NCBI GenBank assembly: GCA_963771465.1
Contig: CAVYTU010000015.1
Span: forward strand, 352,001 to 416,000
Source: an uncultured delta proteobacterium
Lineage (GTDB): Bacteria > Desulfobacterota > Binatia > UBA9968
DNA: 64,000 bases
Reading direction: 5' to 3'
Shown here: one piece after another, positions 31,390 through 42,270 of the stretch
Position numbering within the stretch: the stretch's first letter is position 1
Layout of the letters: every line of letters begins with the position of its first letter
Made by a program: the position numbers and the translations under genes
The notes under the pieces: model-generated
Seen by the model: the letters and a program-made list of their open reading frames with translations, nothing else
Databases searched by the model: none
What the model was told of the DNA's origin: nothing

Positions 31390-32124
31390 TTACTTTTCTC
31401 GGAGAACGCCGGTTCGTTTGTGTAGGAACCGGATGACTAGATATGAGCCGAAAGCCAAAGGGAGAAATATCGCCCATAGTGTATCGATTTCGAACCCGTG
31501 CCCGAGATATAGATCGCCGGCAGCTTCAAGCAGGAACATACTAGACGCGATCGCGATCAGTCCGTGATATTCGCGGCGAAGGACCTTTCTCCAACGAAAC
31601 GGCAACTCGGGAGCCTGCCACCGATTAAAGCGGGGTAAGAAGGCCGGCGTTTGCGATGCCCAGTCCATGTACCGCGCGCTGAACTTATTTCGGAGAAACT
31701 TTTCCTCAGCAAAAATAATCCGCTCGTAATAAAGCGCGAACACAAGCATATAAATCACCGGAATCCACCAGACTCGAAGAAATAACATCACGCCCAAGAC
31801 CATGAGGAAATTCCCCATATATAAGGGATTGCGAATGATGGAATACATCCCCGTGGTATTCAGATCGGCGGCAACCTGCCCTTTGGTATTCCTGCCGGCG
31901 GTGCCGCTCGTCGCATAACCGATCGTTAGTGCGCGAACCGCTAGCCCTGAAAACGAAATCATCAAGCAGAGTACTTCCCACAATTCATCGAGCAAATGAG
32001 AGCCGTACGGATAATTGAAATACTCAATCCCGCCCAGCACGAACGCGACGGTTGCGAGCGGCAAATAACTGCGCCAGCGAAACAACCAATGGCCTGTGGA
32101 TTCGAATTCCTCGATCAGCGGCAT
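31390..32124 (-). CDS. ICMT/PEMT-family methyltransferase, LmtA-like (lipid A phosphate O-methyltransferase)
   Basis: MPLIEEFESTGHWLFRWRSYLP, LNTTGMYSIIRNPLYMGN, YYERIIFAEEKFL. Confidence 0.8.
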   Translation of the reverse strand: MPLIEEFESTGHWLFRWRSYLPLATVAFVLGGIEYFNYPYGSHLLDELWEVLCLMISFSGLAVRALTIGYATSGTAGRNTKGQVAADLNTTGMYSIIRNPLYMGNFLMVLGVMLFLRVWWIPVIYMLVFALYYERIIFAEEKFLRNKFSARYMDWASQTPAFLPRFNRWQAPELPFRWRKVLRREYHGLIAIASSMFLLEAAGDLYLGHGFEIDTLWAIFLPLAFGSYLVIRFLHKRTGVLREK

Positions 32125-32587
32125 GCGCGGCGCCTCGTTCGGAACAACAACCATTACGACTATCCGGTTCGCGAACTACCCGCAATGGAACCTTTAACCG
32201 ACTGCCGCAAGCGACGACAAAATGAAGCCCTAGGACAAGCCGCCGCGATGAACAGCGGGCGGAAATCTGAGCAATAATCTTTTTGTCGTGAGTCCGCTGG
32301 AACTAGACTGCCAAGAGCCATCGCGGCGCAGGGGGTTTCCTCGGACCTAGAGGCACTCGACGCAAAAATGGCCGCCAGAAACGCATCGCCAATCTATCGT
32401 AGAGCGCGAAAGAACAAGATCAGAATCGAACGCGCGGGAAAGGTAAGAGGCATGGGAAAGAGAAAAATATAAAGGCGCTATTCGCGCCGAACCTCACTCG
32501 CCTCTTTATCATTTCGCATCCCGACAAAACTCGAATGTCTCAAGTGACCGTCTTTTGGCGGACAAGCTCCTAAGTGCTTGAAAAAAA

Positions 32588-32663
<76 letters not shown>

Positions 32664-32753
32664 ACGTTTCGTTTCAGTCGAAATTGCAAATCTCAGATGA
32701 CAAATCCCAGATTGCTGGAAGCTGAAATTTGCAATCTATCATCCCGAAGGGAA

Positions 32754-32830
32754 TGGGGTGAGTGAAGGGATTTGAACCCTCAACCCCTGGAGCCACAGTC
32801 CAGTGCTCTAACCGTTGAGCTACACTCACC
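32754..32830 (-). tRNA. tRNA-His(GTG)
   Basis: Anticodon GTG, G-1 extended acceptor. Confidence 0.97.
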
Positions 32831-32848
32831 GCAAAAACAAACTCAAGC

Positions 32849-32925
32849 TGGCGCGCCAGAAGGGATTCGAACCCCTGACCTACGGCTTAGAAGGCCGTTG
32901 CTCTATCCAGCTGAGCTACTGGCGC
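32849..32925 (-). tRNA. tRNA-Arg(TCT)
   Basis: Anticodon TCT, CCA end. Confidence 0.97.
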
Positions 32926-33018
32926 AACAAGAAAGTACTGAGTAACGAGTGCTGAGTTATGAGTCGGCTCCGCCTCTTTGTCCCCAACACTTAGCACTCA
33001 TCGCTCAGCACTTCGCGA

Positions 33019-33095
33019 TGGTCGGGGCGAGAAGATTCGAACTTCCGACCCCCTGCGCCCAAGGCAGGTGCGCTACCAGGCTGCGCTACGCCCCG
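33019..33095 (-). tRNA. tRNA-Pro(TGG)
   Basis: CGGGGCG acceptor, anticodon TGG. Confidence 0.97.
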
Positions 33096-33139
33096 TCAAT
33101 TTTTAACCAGCGGTCATTCTACACAGCGACTTGGTGAAA

Positions 33140-33781
33140 TCAAGGTTGCGCCGCGAAATCCACCAGCTTTGGCAACATCTCAGCGAGTTTCTTGAGCGCC
33201 TTGCCGCGATGGCTCACGGTTGCTTTGGATGCACGATCGATCTCGCCGAAGGTTTTGCCAAACGGCGGGTAGAAAAATAACGGATCGTAGCCGAAGCCAT
33301 GGGAACCCGTCAGAGAAAACGCGATGCGTCCTTCGCAGGATTCCCGCACAGACCATTCTTTCATGGCGCTTGAACCCGGTGCGCATAACGCAAGTGCGCA
33401 GACAAAGCGGCCGGCGCGCTGATCGGCCGGAACGTTGGCCAATTCGCGCAGCAGCTTGCGGTTGTTAGCATCGTCGTTACCCTCTTCGCCACAATAGCGC
33501 GCCGAATAAATCCCTGGCGCGCCGCCGAGAGCATCCACCTCAAGGCCTGAATCGTCAGCTAATGTCAGCAAGCCGGAGAACTGCGCCAACGTCCGCGCTT
33601 TTTTAAGCGCGTTCGCTTCAAAACTGGCGCCGTCTTCGACGACCGCGGGAGGATTCTGCAAATCTCTCAAAGAGAGAATCTGCAGCGGCAGCTTGCCGAG
33701 AAAAGCTTGCACTTCGGCAAATTTGCCTTGATTGGTGGTAGCAACGAGCAGATCGATCACAAAAGTTAATTTTACGTTCAT
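33140..33781 (-). CDS. rdgB: dITP/XTP pyrophosphatase
   Basis: [30 protein letters not shown]. Confidence 0.96.
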   Translation of the reverse strand: MNVKLTFVIDLLVATTNQGKFAEVQAFLGKLPLQILSLRDLQNPPAVVEDGASFEANALKKARTLAQFSGLLTLADDSGLEVDALGGAPGIYSARYCGEEGNDDANNRKLLRELANVPADQRAGRFVCALALCAPGSSAMKEWSVRESCEGRIAFSLTGSHGFGYDPLFFYPPFGKTFGEIDRASKATVSHRGKALKKLAEMLPKLVDFAAQP

Positions 33782-33803
33782 TGCGGTTAAAACTACCCCG
33801 ATC

Positions 33804-34538
33804 TCAAGCGAAGCCGGCGATCACTTTATTTTGCGCTTTGAGCAAATCTTTAATCCCGCCCTGGGCGATCTCGGCCATGCGCTCCATTTGTTTCTTGGTA
33901 AATGGCGCACTTTCCGCCGTACCTTGGACTTCGATGAATTTCCCCGAACCGGTCATCACGAAGTTCATGTCGACGTCGGCCTTGCTGTCTTCTTCATAAC
34001 AAAGATCCAAGAAAATTTTCCCGTCGACGATGCCGATGCTCACGGCCGCGACCGAATCTTTCAGCGGCGTGACATTGATCATGCCGCGCTGGAGCCAGCC
34101 GCCCACCGCTTCCGCGAGTGCGATATAGGCGCCGGTGATCGCCGCCGTGCGCGTGCCACCGTCGGCTTGAATCACGTCGCAATCGATCCAAACCGTACGC
34201 TCCCCGAGACTTTTCAAGTCCGCGATGGCTCGCAAACTGCGGCCGATCAGGCGTTGGATCTCGTGCGTCCGGCCGCCCACTTTTCCGCGCGACGACTCGC
34301 GGCCGATGCGCTGCTGCGACGACCCCGGCAACATGCCATACTCGGCGGTAATCCAGCCCTTGCCGCTATTGCGCAAAAACGGCGGCACCCGCTCTTCGAG
34401 CTTCGCCGTGCAAATAACTCTCGTATCGCCCATCTCGATCAACACCGACCCGTCCGCCGTCTTGATATAACTCGGCGTGATTTTCAAAGTTCTTAATTGG
34501 TTCGGTTTCCGTCCGTCAGTTCGCAATTTTTTGATCAT
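33804..34538 (-). CDS. rph: Ribonuclease PH
   Basis: [27 protein letters not shown]; start at ATG 34538 inferred. Confidence 0.97.
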   Translation of the reverse strand: MIKKLRTDGRKPNQLRTLKITPSYIKTADGSVLIEMGDTRVICTAKLEERVPPFLRNSGKGWITAEYGMLPGSSQQRIGRESSRGKVGGRTHEIQRLIGRSLRAIADLKSLGERTVWIDCDVIQADGGTRTAAITGAYIALAEAVGGWLQRGMINVTPLKDSVAAVSIGIVDGKIFLDLCYEEDSKADVDMNFVMTGSGKFIEVQGTAESAPFTKKQMERMAEIAQGGIKDLLKAQNKVIAGFA

Positions 34539-34585
34539 CCTTACGTGATTTCTTTCTGAGTGTTGGCTGCTGCCTATTGCCTTGT

Positions 34586-36004
34586 TCAACTATTCAAATG
34601 AAATACCACCATCTTTAGCTCGCTCATCTCATTCACGGCGTACTTTGGCCCTTCTTTGCCGAAGCCGGAATCTTTGAGTCCGCCATAGGGCATCAGATCG
34701 ACGCGCCACTGCGAGCCCCAGTTGACGTGCAGATTGCCGGCTTCCGCTTCGCGCGCGAATTTCATTGCCCATTCGACGTTGTCGGTGAAAATCCCGGCGG
34801 CCAATCCATACACGCTGTCGTTGGCCAAGGCGATCGCTTCTTCGATCGTCTCGAATGGCGTCACCGCCAGGGCTGGTCCGAACAACTCGTCGCGCGAGAT
34901 GCGCATGTCGGGATGCACGTCGGCCACCACCGCCGGCAAATAGATCGCGCCGCGTCGCCCGCCGCCGGCGACCAATCTTGCGCCGCCGCTGACCGCTTGA
35001 TTGATCCATTCATCGACTCTCACGGCTTCGCTTTCTTTCACCATCGGGCCAACTTTATTTTTCTCGTCGAGCTGATTGCCCGTGGTCAAGGCCTCGACCT
35101 TGGGTTTGAGCGCACTCAAAAGATCGCCGTAAACTTTATTTCCCGCCAACACACGCTGGGTTGAGATGCAAGTTTGGCCCGCGTTGCCATAACCGGTCAT
35201 CGCCAAGACCGTCGCGACTTTTTCCATGTCGGCGTCTGGCATGACAATAACCGGGCTGTTTGAACCTAACTCCATGGTCACTTTTTTAATTCCGGCCGTG
35301 CGGCAAATGCGCTCGCCGATCTCGCGGCTGCCGGTGAAGGTAACTTTGCGCACGCGCCGGTCGGCGACTAACGCATCGCCGATCTCGCCGCCTGAACCGG
35401 TGAGACATTGTATCCCTTCCGGCGGTAAACCCGCTTCGAGCAATATCTCCGTCAATTTGATTGCCGAAAGCGGCGTGTCGGAAGCCGGCTTAATGATGAC
35501 CGTGTTGCCTGCCGCTAGCGCCGGCCCGACTTTGTGGCAGACGAGATTTAAGGGAAAATTAAACGGCGCGATCGCCGCCACCACGCCGCAGGGCACGCGC
35601 AATGTGAAACCGAGTTTCTTGCTGCCGGTCGGATCGGCGTCTAGCGGCACGGTCTCACCGTGCAGCCGTTTCGCCTCCTCCGCAGAGCCCATCATGGTTT
35701 CCACCGCCCGATTCGCTTCGCCGCGGCCTTCTGCGATGATTTTGCCTTCTTCTTTGGAAATGATTTGGCCCAGCTCCTCGTTACGCGCCGCCATCATATC
35801 GGCCGCTTTGCGAAGAATCTTCCAGCGCTCGTAGCTCGAAAGCTTGGCCATCACCTTGGCGCCGCGCTCGGCAAAAGCTAAGGCCTTCTCCAAATCGCCG
35901 GCATCCGCCTTCGGCACGGCGTCAATCACCGAGTTGTCGAACGGATTGGTGACTTCAATTTTTTTCGCCTTATCGATCCATTGACCCGCAACAAAATTCT
36001 TCAC
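34586..36004 (-). CDS. NAD(P)-dependent aldehyde dehydrogenase
   Basis: PFNFP, FTGS, MELGSN, GQTC, ELFGP. Confidence 0.93.
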   Translation of the reverse strand: MKNFVAGQWIDKAKKIEVTNPFDNSVIDAVPKADAGDLEKALAFAERGAKVMAKLSSYERWKILRKAADMMAARNEELGQIISKEEGKIIAEGRGEANRAVETMMGSAEEAKRLHGETVPLDADPTGSKKLGFTLRVPCGVVAAIAPFNFPLNLVCHKVGPALAAGNTVIIKPASDTPLSAIKLTEILLEAGLPPEGIQCLTGSGGEIGDALVADRRVRKVTFTGSREIGERICRTAGIKKVTMELGSNSPVIVMPDADMEKVATVLAMTGYGNAGQTCISTQRVLAGNKVYGDLLSALKPKVEALTTGNQLDEKNKVGPMVKESEAVRVDEWINQAVSGGARLVAGGGRRGAIYLPAVVADVHPDMRISRDELFGPALAVTPFETIEEAIALANDSVYGLAAGIFTDNVEWAMKFAREAEAGNLHVNWGSQWRVDLMPYGGLKDSGFGKEGPKYAVNEMSELKMVVFHLNS

Positions 36005-36060
36005 GGCGAATATCCTCCAACGTCATCCATGCTATTTTTTTATTTTGCCTTTTTAATTTT

Positions 36061-37029
36061 TCACTCGCCTTCTGTTTTGCTCTTGTAGAAACTCCGCCCG
36101 TACGCCCGATGAAACGCCGTCCATTTCGATCCCGGCTCTTTCTCGGGCATGTTCTGGATCGCTTGAATCTTGCCGTCGAGATCGTCCAGAGAATGCAAGA
36201 TAACGGCTTCCAAGGTCTGCGGCAACTTGGGCGAGCCGAATTCATACGCGCCATGATGGCTCACGAGCATATGCTTCACTAACAGCGCCAAATCCGCCGG
36301 AAACTCCGGCAGGGTTTCAATCTTCCGGGTCACCAGCTCGACTTCCATGACCAGATGGCCGAGCAGTTGGCCGGCATCGGTGTAATCCAGCGCGCGGTCG
36401 AAGGTGAATTCGTAAATCTTACCGATGTCGTGCAGAAAGCCGCCGATCAAAAGCATATCAACGTCGACGCCGCGATAATTCTCGACGACTTTGAGGATCA
36501 GCTTGAGCAGCGACAGGGTATGTTCCAACAAGCCGCTTAAATAGGGATGATGAATGGTCTTGGCGCCGGGCGCTTGCTTCAACAGGCGCATCATGTCGTC
36601 ATCGGCGAAGCACGCCTCGGCTAGCGCGAGCAGATGCGGATTCTTGATCGCGCGCAGAATCGCCTGCAGCTCGGCCAGCATCACTTCGGGATCGTTGGCG
36701 CTCCTCGGGAGAAAATCTTCGGCAGCGACTTTCGACTCTTCGACGCGGATGACATCTTGGACGCGAATTTGAATCTTGCCCTGATAAAGCGTCGCTTGGC
36801 CGCGCACCCGGACGAAATCGTTCTTGTCGAAGCCGCGGGCGAGATCATCAGCACGGTCCCACACCCGACCTTCGATCTCACCGCTCCGATCGAGCAGTTT
36901 AAGGGTCAAGTAACTTCTGCCGCCTTTGGTCACGCCGTGATTTTTCGACGCCACCAAAAACATCGCATCGACGAGTTGGTTCTCACGGATATCGGCAGCG
37001 TAGAGAGATTTCATGTGAACACCCTCCAT
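36061..37029 (-). CDS. yhaM: OB-fold/HD 3'-5' exoribonuclease YhaM-like
   Basis: N-terminal OB fold, GLLEHT, LHDIGK, SHHG. Confidence 0.85.
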   Translation of the reverse strand: MEGVHMKSLYAADIRENQLVDAMFLVASKNHGVTKGGRSYLTLKLLDRSGEIEGRVWDRADDLARGFDKNDFVRVRGQATLYQGKIQIRVQDVIRVEESKVAAEDFLPRSANDPEVMLAELQAILRAIKNPHLLALAEACFADDDMMRLLKQAPGAKTIHHPYLSGLLEHTLSLLKLILKVVENYRGVDVDMLLIGGFLHDIGKIYEFTFDRALDYTDAGQLLGHLVMEVELVTRKIETLPEFPADLALLVKHMLVSHHGAYEFGSPKLPQTLEAVILHSLDDLDGKIQAIQNMPEKEPGSKWTAFHRAYGRSFYKSKTEGE

Positions 37030-37032
37030 GGG

Positions 37033-37332
37033 TTACCTGATCCAATTTGCCAAATCATAAAACGTGTAGACGACGAAGCGCTGCAAAAACACCGCCGCGA
37101 TCCAGACGATGATCGGTGTTAGATCGAAACCCCTGACGGCGAGCGACAGCCGCTGGCGCACCCAGTGAAACACCGGTTCGGTCGCATTGTAGAGAAAGCG
37201 CACGACGGGAATCGTCGTGTCGGCGTTTGCGATCGACACCACCACCCGGGCGATGATGATCCAAATATAGGCCCACAACACATAGTCGAGCACCTGAGCG
37301 ACGGCGAACAAAAGATTAGCGATGACAAACAT
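37033..37332 (-). CDS. yggT: YggT family membrane protein
   Basis: MFVIANLLF start; RFLYNATEP, DLTPII. Confidence 0.88.
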   Translation of the reverse strand: MFVIANLLFAVAQVLDYVLWAYIWIIIARVVVSIANADTTIPVVRFLYNATEPVFHWVRQRLSLAVRGFDLTPIIVWIAAVFLQRFVVYTFYDLANWIR

Positions 37333-37336
37333 CGGC

Positions 37337-38029
37337 TCAGCTGCTCCGTGGCCCGAACAAGGCCGTGCCGACGCGCACGATGGTCGCGCCTTCCTCGATG
37401 GCGACGGCAAAGTCGTGCGTCATGCCCATCGATAATTCGGTTAGTCGAATGTTGGCAATACGCATTTCATTGACCTGATCGCGTAACTCACGCAGCTCGC
37501 GAAAGTACGGCCGCACCGCTTCGAGATTTTCCCGAAACGGCGCTACGGTCATCAAGCCATCCACACGCAGGTGCGAAAGCTTAGTCAATTCTTGGAATAG
37601 CCCGCTCACTTGCTCCTTAGCAATCCCGGACTTACTTTCCTCGGCGCCAAGATTGACTTCAACGAAAACCCGGAGGGTCTTGCCGCACCGCACGGCTTGC
37701 CGATCCAACTCGCGTGCCAGCGCGAGATTATCCAACGACTCGACGACGTCGAACAGTTCCACCGCCAGCTTGGCTTTATTGCGCTGTAAGTGGCCGATCA
37801 TATGCCACTCGACCGAGTCGGAAATATCTTTTCTCTTATCCGCCGCTTCCTGGACGTAATTTTCACCGATCAAAGTCACCCCGGCGGCAACGGCTGTGCG
37901 CATCGCCGCGACGCTTTGCGACTTCGCGGCGGCGAGCAGCCTGATCTCGCGAGGATCGCGTCCGACCTTCAGCGCTGCTTCGGCAACGAGGTTAAGAACT
38001 CTCCGACAATTTCCGCCAACGTCGACCAT
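37337..38029 (-). CDS. yggS: PLP homeostasis protein YggS
   Basis: GENYVQE, WHMIGHLQRNK, LSMGMT, EEGATIVRVG. Confidence 0.95.
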   Translation of the reverse strand: MVDVGGNCRRVLNLVAEAALKVGRDPREIRLLAAAKSQSVAAMRTAVAAGVTLIGENYVQEAADKRKDISDSVEWHMIGHLQRNKAKLAVELFDVVESLDNLALARELDRQAVRCGKTLRVFVEVNLGAEESKSGIAKEQVSGLFQELTKLSHLRVDGLMTVAPFRENLEAVRPYFRELRELRDQVNEMRIANIRLTELSMGMTHDFAVAIEEGATIVRVGTALFGPRSS

Positions 38030-38235
38030 GAGGGCAAAATGCTTACCATAACGAGAGCGAGATTTCACTCGTAAGCGATTGACCCTTGGGATAAATCTGC
38101 CAAGAAGCGATTTTGGCCGCTGCCAATACGCGAATTATCGCGAGCGCGCCATTGTTGACTCAAAAACCAACCGCAGGATATAAGTCGCGCAATCTTGAAT
38201 GGCACTGAAGTCCCGACACAGCTTGAGGTAGCTCC

Positions 38236-40158
38236 ATGGACCCGGACCGCTGGCGATTGATCGAATCGATCTTTGAGCAAGCTCTGCAACGCGAAAGCAC
38301 ACAGCGTCATGCCTTCGTGCAGGCTGAATGCGGCGGCGATGCCGGGTTGATCAGCGAGATCGAAGAGTTGTTAGCGCATCATGATGAGGTCCAGAAACAA
38401 GATTTCCTCCGCAGCGGCCTAAGCCTCGGCGAGACACCGCTGCTTGCAGCTCAAATAGACGATCCCTACATCGGCATGGAGCTCGGACCGTACGTTATCA
38501 AACGGCGCCAGGCGAGCGGTGGCATGGGCAACGTTTATTTAGCCGTGCGCCAGACCGACTTTCGCCAGCAGGTCGCCATCAAAGTTCTCAGACGCGGCAT
38601 GGATTCCGAGGACATTCTGCGCCGCTTCCGCAACGAGATTCAGGTTCTGGCGGCGCTCAGCAAGCATCAGAATATCGCCGCTTTGCTCGATGCCGGAAGC
38701 ACCAAAGAAGGACTGCCGTTCTTCGTCATGGAATTCGTCGACGGTGAGCCGTTGGATTCCTACTGCGACAAACACAAACTCTCCATGAGAGAGAGGGTGG
38801 AGTTGTTTCTGCGCGCCTGCGCGGCGGTAGAATTCGCGCACCGCCATATGGTTATTCATCGCGATCTAAAAATGAGCAATATCTTGGTCCGCGCCGACGC
38901 CATGCCCAAGCTCATCGACTTCGGCATCGCGAAACTGACCACGCCAGAGTTTAGCGCGCAAACGCTTACGCCGACCACACCGGAACGACGCTTCATGACG
39001 GTGGATTATGCCAGCCCCGAACAAACCCGCGGCGAATCCCTTACCGCCGCCAGCGACGTATATTCGTTAGGAGTTATCCTTTACGAACTTGTGACCGGTC
39101 GCAAGCCGTACAAGCTCGGCGGGCTGCCATTGCCGGAGCAAATCAAAGTCATCGCCGAATGCGATCCCGAACTGCCCAGTCGAGCGGTTAAAGGAACCCA
39201 GTCCAATGTCGGCTCGGAGGTTGACAGCTCCGCCTCTGAGGCGAATTTAATCGCCGCTCGGCGCGGCACCACGCCGCTCAAACTCGCGCGGCAGCTCGCC
39301 GGCGACCTGGAAAACATCGTCCTTAGAGCGCTACGCAAGGACCCCCAGCAGCGTTACAACACGGTGAATGATCTATCGGATGATCTGCAATGCTATCTGG
39401 ATGGCAGTCCTGTTCAGGCGCGTCCCATCGGCAAGGCTGAGCGAATCTACCGGTGGTGTCAGCGCAACCCGGTTCCCACGGCACTTCTGGCAACGATGAT
39501 GCTTACCCTCGTCATCGGCCTCTGGCATCTGTCCCGCCTCTCCGAACAGCTCATACAAACAACCGCCATCGAAGGCGCCGCCTTCGAAGCCGAGACCCTC
39601 GCCATCGTGCAAGACTATTATTCCAAGGTCGTGGTCGAAAGGGTGAAAGACAGAGTGCCAGCGACCCATCGATACGCCGTGGTCGAGGGTGCGATCCCGG
39701 TACCCGCCTCCTTCACCATCGATCTCGGTGAACACATCAGGAAATCGCAGATCACCACCATGTCTATGCGCATGTATAGCGACTTCCCATTCAAACACCG
39801 CGAGGGAGGCGGCGCCAAAGATGAGTTTGAGACCAGCGCATTGCGCCGGCTACGCGCCCAACCCAACGAACCTTACTATCGATTTGAGAATTACGACGGC
39901 CGACAATCCCTGCGCTACGCCGCCTCACGGGTCATGAAAGAGGCCTGCGTTAATTGCCACAACTCGCATCCGGACAGCACCAAGAAAGACTGGAAGGTGG
40001 GCGAGGTTCGCGGCGTCTTGGAAATCATCCGCCCCTTGGATCTGGACATCGCCCGCACGCGAAAGCATCTGCTCGAGACTTTCTACTTCATGGGCGGATT
40101 TTCCGCGCTGCTGATAGCTCTGGCGATATTCTTTTTGCGGGTAGGGAAACGACGGTGA
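38236..40158 (+). CDS. Membrane Ser/Thr kinase with extracytoplasmic DUF3365-like heme c domain
   Basis: GGMGNVY, VAIK, HRDLK, DFG; two TM helices flanking a domain with CVNCH and WKVGEVRGVLEI. Confidence 0.9.
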   Translation: MDPDRWRLIESIFEQALQRESTQRHAFVQAECGGDAGLISEIEELLAHHDEVQKQDFLRSGLSLGETPLLAAQIDDPYIGMELGPYVIKRRQASGGMGNVYLAVRQTDFRQQVAIKVLRRGMDSEDILRRFRNEIQVLAALSKHQNIAALLDAGSTKEGLPFFVMEFVDGEPLDSYCDKHKLSMRERVELFLRACAAVEFAHRHMVIHRDLKMSNILVRADAMPKLIDFGIAKLTTPEFSAQTLTPTTPERRFMTVDYASPEQTRGESLTAASDVYSLGVILYELVTGRKPYKLGGLPLPEQIKVIAECDPELPSRAVKGTQSNVGSEVDSSASEANLIAARRGTTPLKLARQLAGDLENIVLRALRKDPQQRYNTVNDLSDDLQCYLDGSPVQARPIGKAERIYRWCQRNPVPTALLATMMLTLVIGLWHLSRLSEQLIQTTAIEGAAFEAETLAIVQDYYSKVVVERVKDRVPATHRYAVVEGAIPVPASFTIDLGEHIRKSQITTMSMRMYSDFPFKHREGGGAKDEFETSALRRLRAQPNEPYYRFENYDGRQSLRYAASRVMKEACVNCHNSHPDSTKKDWKVGEVRGVLEIIRPLDLDIARTRKHLLETFYFMGGFSALLIALAIFFLRVGKRR

Positions 40159-40203
40159 GAGATGTTGTATTCAATTTATCTGGAGCGGGAAAAACACGGG
40201 ATG

Positions 40204-40240
40204 AAAAAAAGACCGCGGGCCTTCTTGGCCTCGCGGTCTT
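40204..40240 (-). terminator. Terminator between convergent genes
   Basis: AAGACCGCG..GGCC/GGCC..CGCGGTCTT hairpin plus T-run on minus strand. Confidence 0.75.
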
Positions 40241-40264
40241 CAAGCGTTACGCCGTGTGATGGAT

Positions 40265-41242
40265 TTAATTTGTCGAAGCCTTATACCCCTTCGCCGCGCA
40301 AATGCTGGCGGTGGCCGCGACTTTGATTTCGACGACTTGACGGATGGTCTTAATCACGAAGCCGATCGTCTGAGTGGTTCCTTTTGCTGGATTCTTCACG
40401 CTGGTAGTCGCTCCCGGGCTGACACCTACCGTCTTGCTGTCTTCCATGGTATCAGCAAGGTCCCACAAAAAGTCGCCAACATGTTCCAGGGTTTTCGCCA
40501 ACAGATCAATGTGCGGCTTGCCAGTATTGAGCAGCGCATTGCAGTAGGGAAATTCCGGGATCGGCTCTTGAGCAGCGGCGGCGGGCGGAGTGCTGGACGG
40601 GGGCGTTCCGCCGTTCGGTGAGCCACCCTTGTCATTGCTAGTCACGCGCACAGAAGAACTAGCCGAAGCGTCACTCAGTTGGGCCATGGTTGGGAAACGG
40701 GGAAGCTGGCCGGCGGCATAGCGCACGAGTTCCAATCGGTATTGAAGTTCTTCAAATGCGTTGCCGAGCACCTTTTCGGTGGCATAAAGGATTGGCGGCG
40801 GCATAACATCGAGCAACTTGACTACATTCCCCAGCTTGCGCGCCGCGGGCGGAACGTGCTCGATGAAGTGTAACTCTTGCGGCAGTGACATAACGCTCTC
40901 AATCAGGTTCCGAAAATCAGCGCGAAACGCGCCACAGGGCGAGCTGGCGCCGCATTTATCGCTGCCGACGAAGGTTTTGTAATCCGCCTGAGACTGCTTG
41001 ACGAATCGCACCATGGATTTCACCGTTTCCAAAAATTCTTCGAGATTTTCGCCGTCGAGATCACTGACCTTTTCTTTCACGTTCTCGACCTTCACTTGGA
41101 CCTTGTTCTTGAGTTCGGTGACTTTGTCCATCAGCCCCGCTGAACTGTTACCCGGCATCAGGACGAAGCCGGCAATCAGCGCGCTGGCGGTCATGGTGCG
41201 AACGGCCTTGGCGACTTTGGCGTCGGAATTGATTGTTTTCAT
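40265..41242 (-). CDS. Hypothetical secreted helical protein
   Basis: ATG 41242 with AAGGAG SD; signal-peptide-like N-terminus; Pro/Ser/Ala linker; four Cys. Confidence 0.75.
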   Translation of the reverse strand: MKTINSDAKVAKAVRTMTASALIAGFVLMPGNSSAGLMDKVTELKNKVQVKVENVKEKVSDLDGENLEEFLETVKSMVRFVKQSQADYKTFVGSDKCGASSPCGAFRADFRNLIESVMSLPQELHFIEHVPPAARKLGNVVKLLDVMPPPILYATEKVLGNAFEELQYRLELVRYAAGQLPRFPTMAQLSDASASSSVRVTSNDKGGSPNGGTPPSSTPPAAAAQEPIPEFPYCNALLNTGKPHIDLLAKTLEHVGDFLWDLADTMEDSKTVGVSPGATTSVKNPAKGTTQTIGFVIKTIRQVVEIKVAATASICAAKGYKASTN

Positions 41243-41573
41243 GACTGTCTCCTTTTCTCGTTTGAGAGTGCTACGAGCACCCGGAGTTGATTTGCGGCTC
41301 CATCGAGCCTTCACCCCGTTAAGCGATGCTCCGGGGCAAATCCCCTCATGGTTTTCTGAAAAAATTAAAAATATTTTGGAATGAAGGTAACTCGCTGAAA
41401 AATCGCTTAAATTTAGTTCAGACTGGCGACCCGGGAGTTGGGCAGGAGGCCACCGGGGCTGGCTTGAAGCCTTTTCGGTTGCCTCCGGACGGTTAGTTGA
41501 GTATAGGCAACGCACACGGCTGATAGACCCAACGATTCGGCAAGGCGCGATTAAACTCAGTTCGGGGACTTAA

Positions 41574-42137
41574 ATGGCGGAAAACTTTCCAATAACCCAG
41601 CGGCTTTTGGACTGGCGCATGGGGCGTCCCGAAGCTCTTGACGAGGTGATGCCGCAGGTCTACGAGACCCTGCACCGGATCGCGCAGAAGTACATGCGCC
41701 AGGAAAACCGCGGCCATACACTGCAACCCACCGCCATCGTCAACGAAGCCTACATAAAATTGATCGACGCGGATGTCGATTGGCAAAACCGCGCTCATTT
41801 TTTCGCCATCGCTGCCCGGCTCATGCGCCGGATTCTTGTCGACCACGCCAAGGCGAAGCACCGCAGCAAACGTGGCGGATCGGCGACAAAAATTTCCATT
41901 GATGAGGTTGCCGTAAAACAAGCCGAACCGGAGGTGGACATCGTCGAGCTCGATGTCGCGCTGAAACGGCTCGCCGAACTCGACGAACGCAAGAGTAAGA
42001 TTGTCGAGCTGCACTATTTCGGCGGGCTGAAATACGATGAAACCGCCGAAGTGCTGCAAATCTCAGCGGCAACCGTGGACCGCGAACTCAGGATGGCGAA
42101 AGCCTGGCTGCACAAAGCCATGAAGGAATCGTTTTAG
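41574..42137 (+). CDS. ECF sigma factor, kinase-associated (ECF43/TIGR02999-like)
   Basis: HTLQPTAIVNEAY, RAHFFAIAARLMRRILVDHA, RELRMAKAWL. Confidence 0.92.
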   Translation: MAENFPITQRLLDWRMGRPEALDEVMPQVYETLHRIAQKYMRQENRGHTLQPTAIVNEAYIKLIDADVDWQNRAHFFAIAARLMRRILVDHAKAKHRSKRGGSATKISIDEVAVKQAEPEVDIVELDVALKRLAELDERKSKIVELHYFGGLKYDETAEVLQISAATVDRELRMAKAWLHKAMKESF

Positions 42138-42270
42138 CCGCCGGGTGATTTAGCGCTGCTTGTGCGGTTGGCGCCGGCCAGACAGTTTATTCTAATCAGT
42201 CCGCCATGATCCTTCGGTTGAACCGCGTCAATGACTGAAGTAGAACGACCGCAACGGAAATTAGCGATTC

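Noticed and set aside
32160-32580. Integrase remnant beside tRNA-Lys
   Set aside because: No frame with tyrosine or serine recombinase motifs could be read
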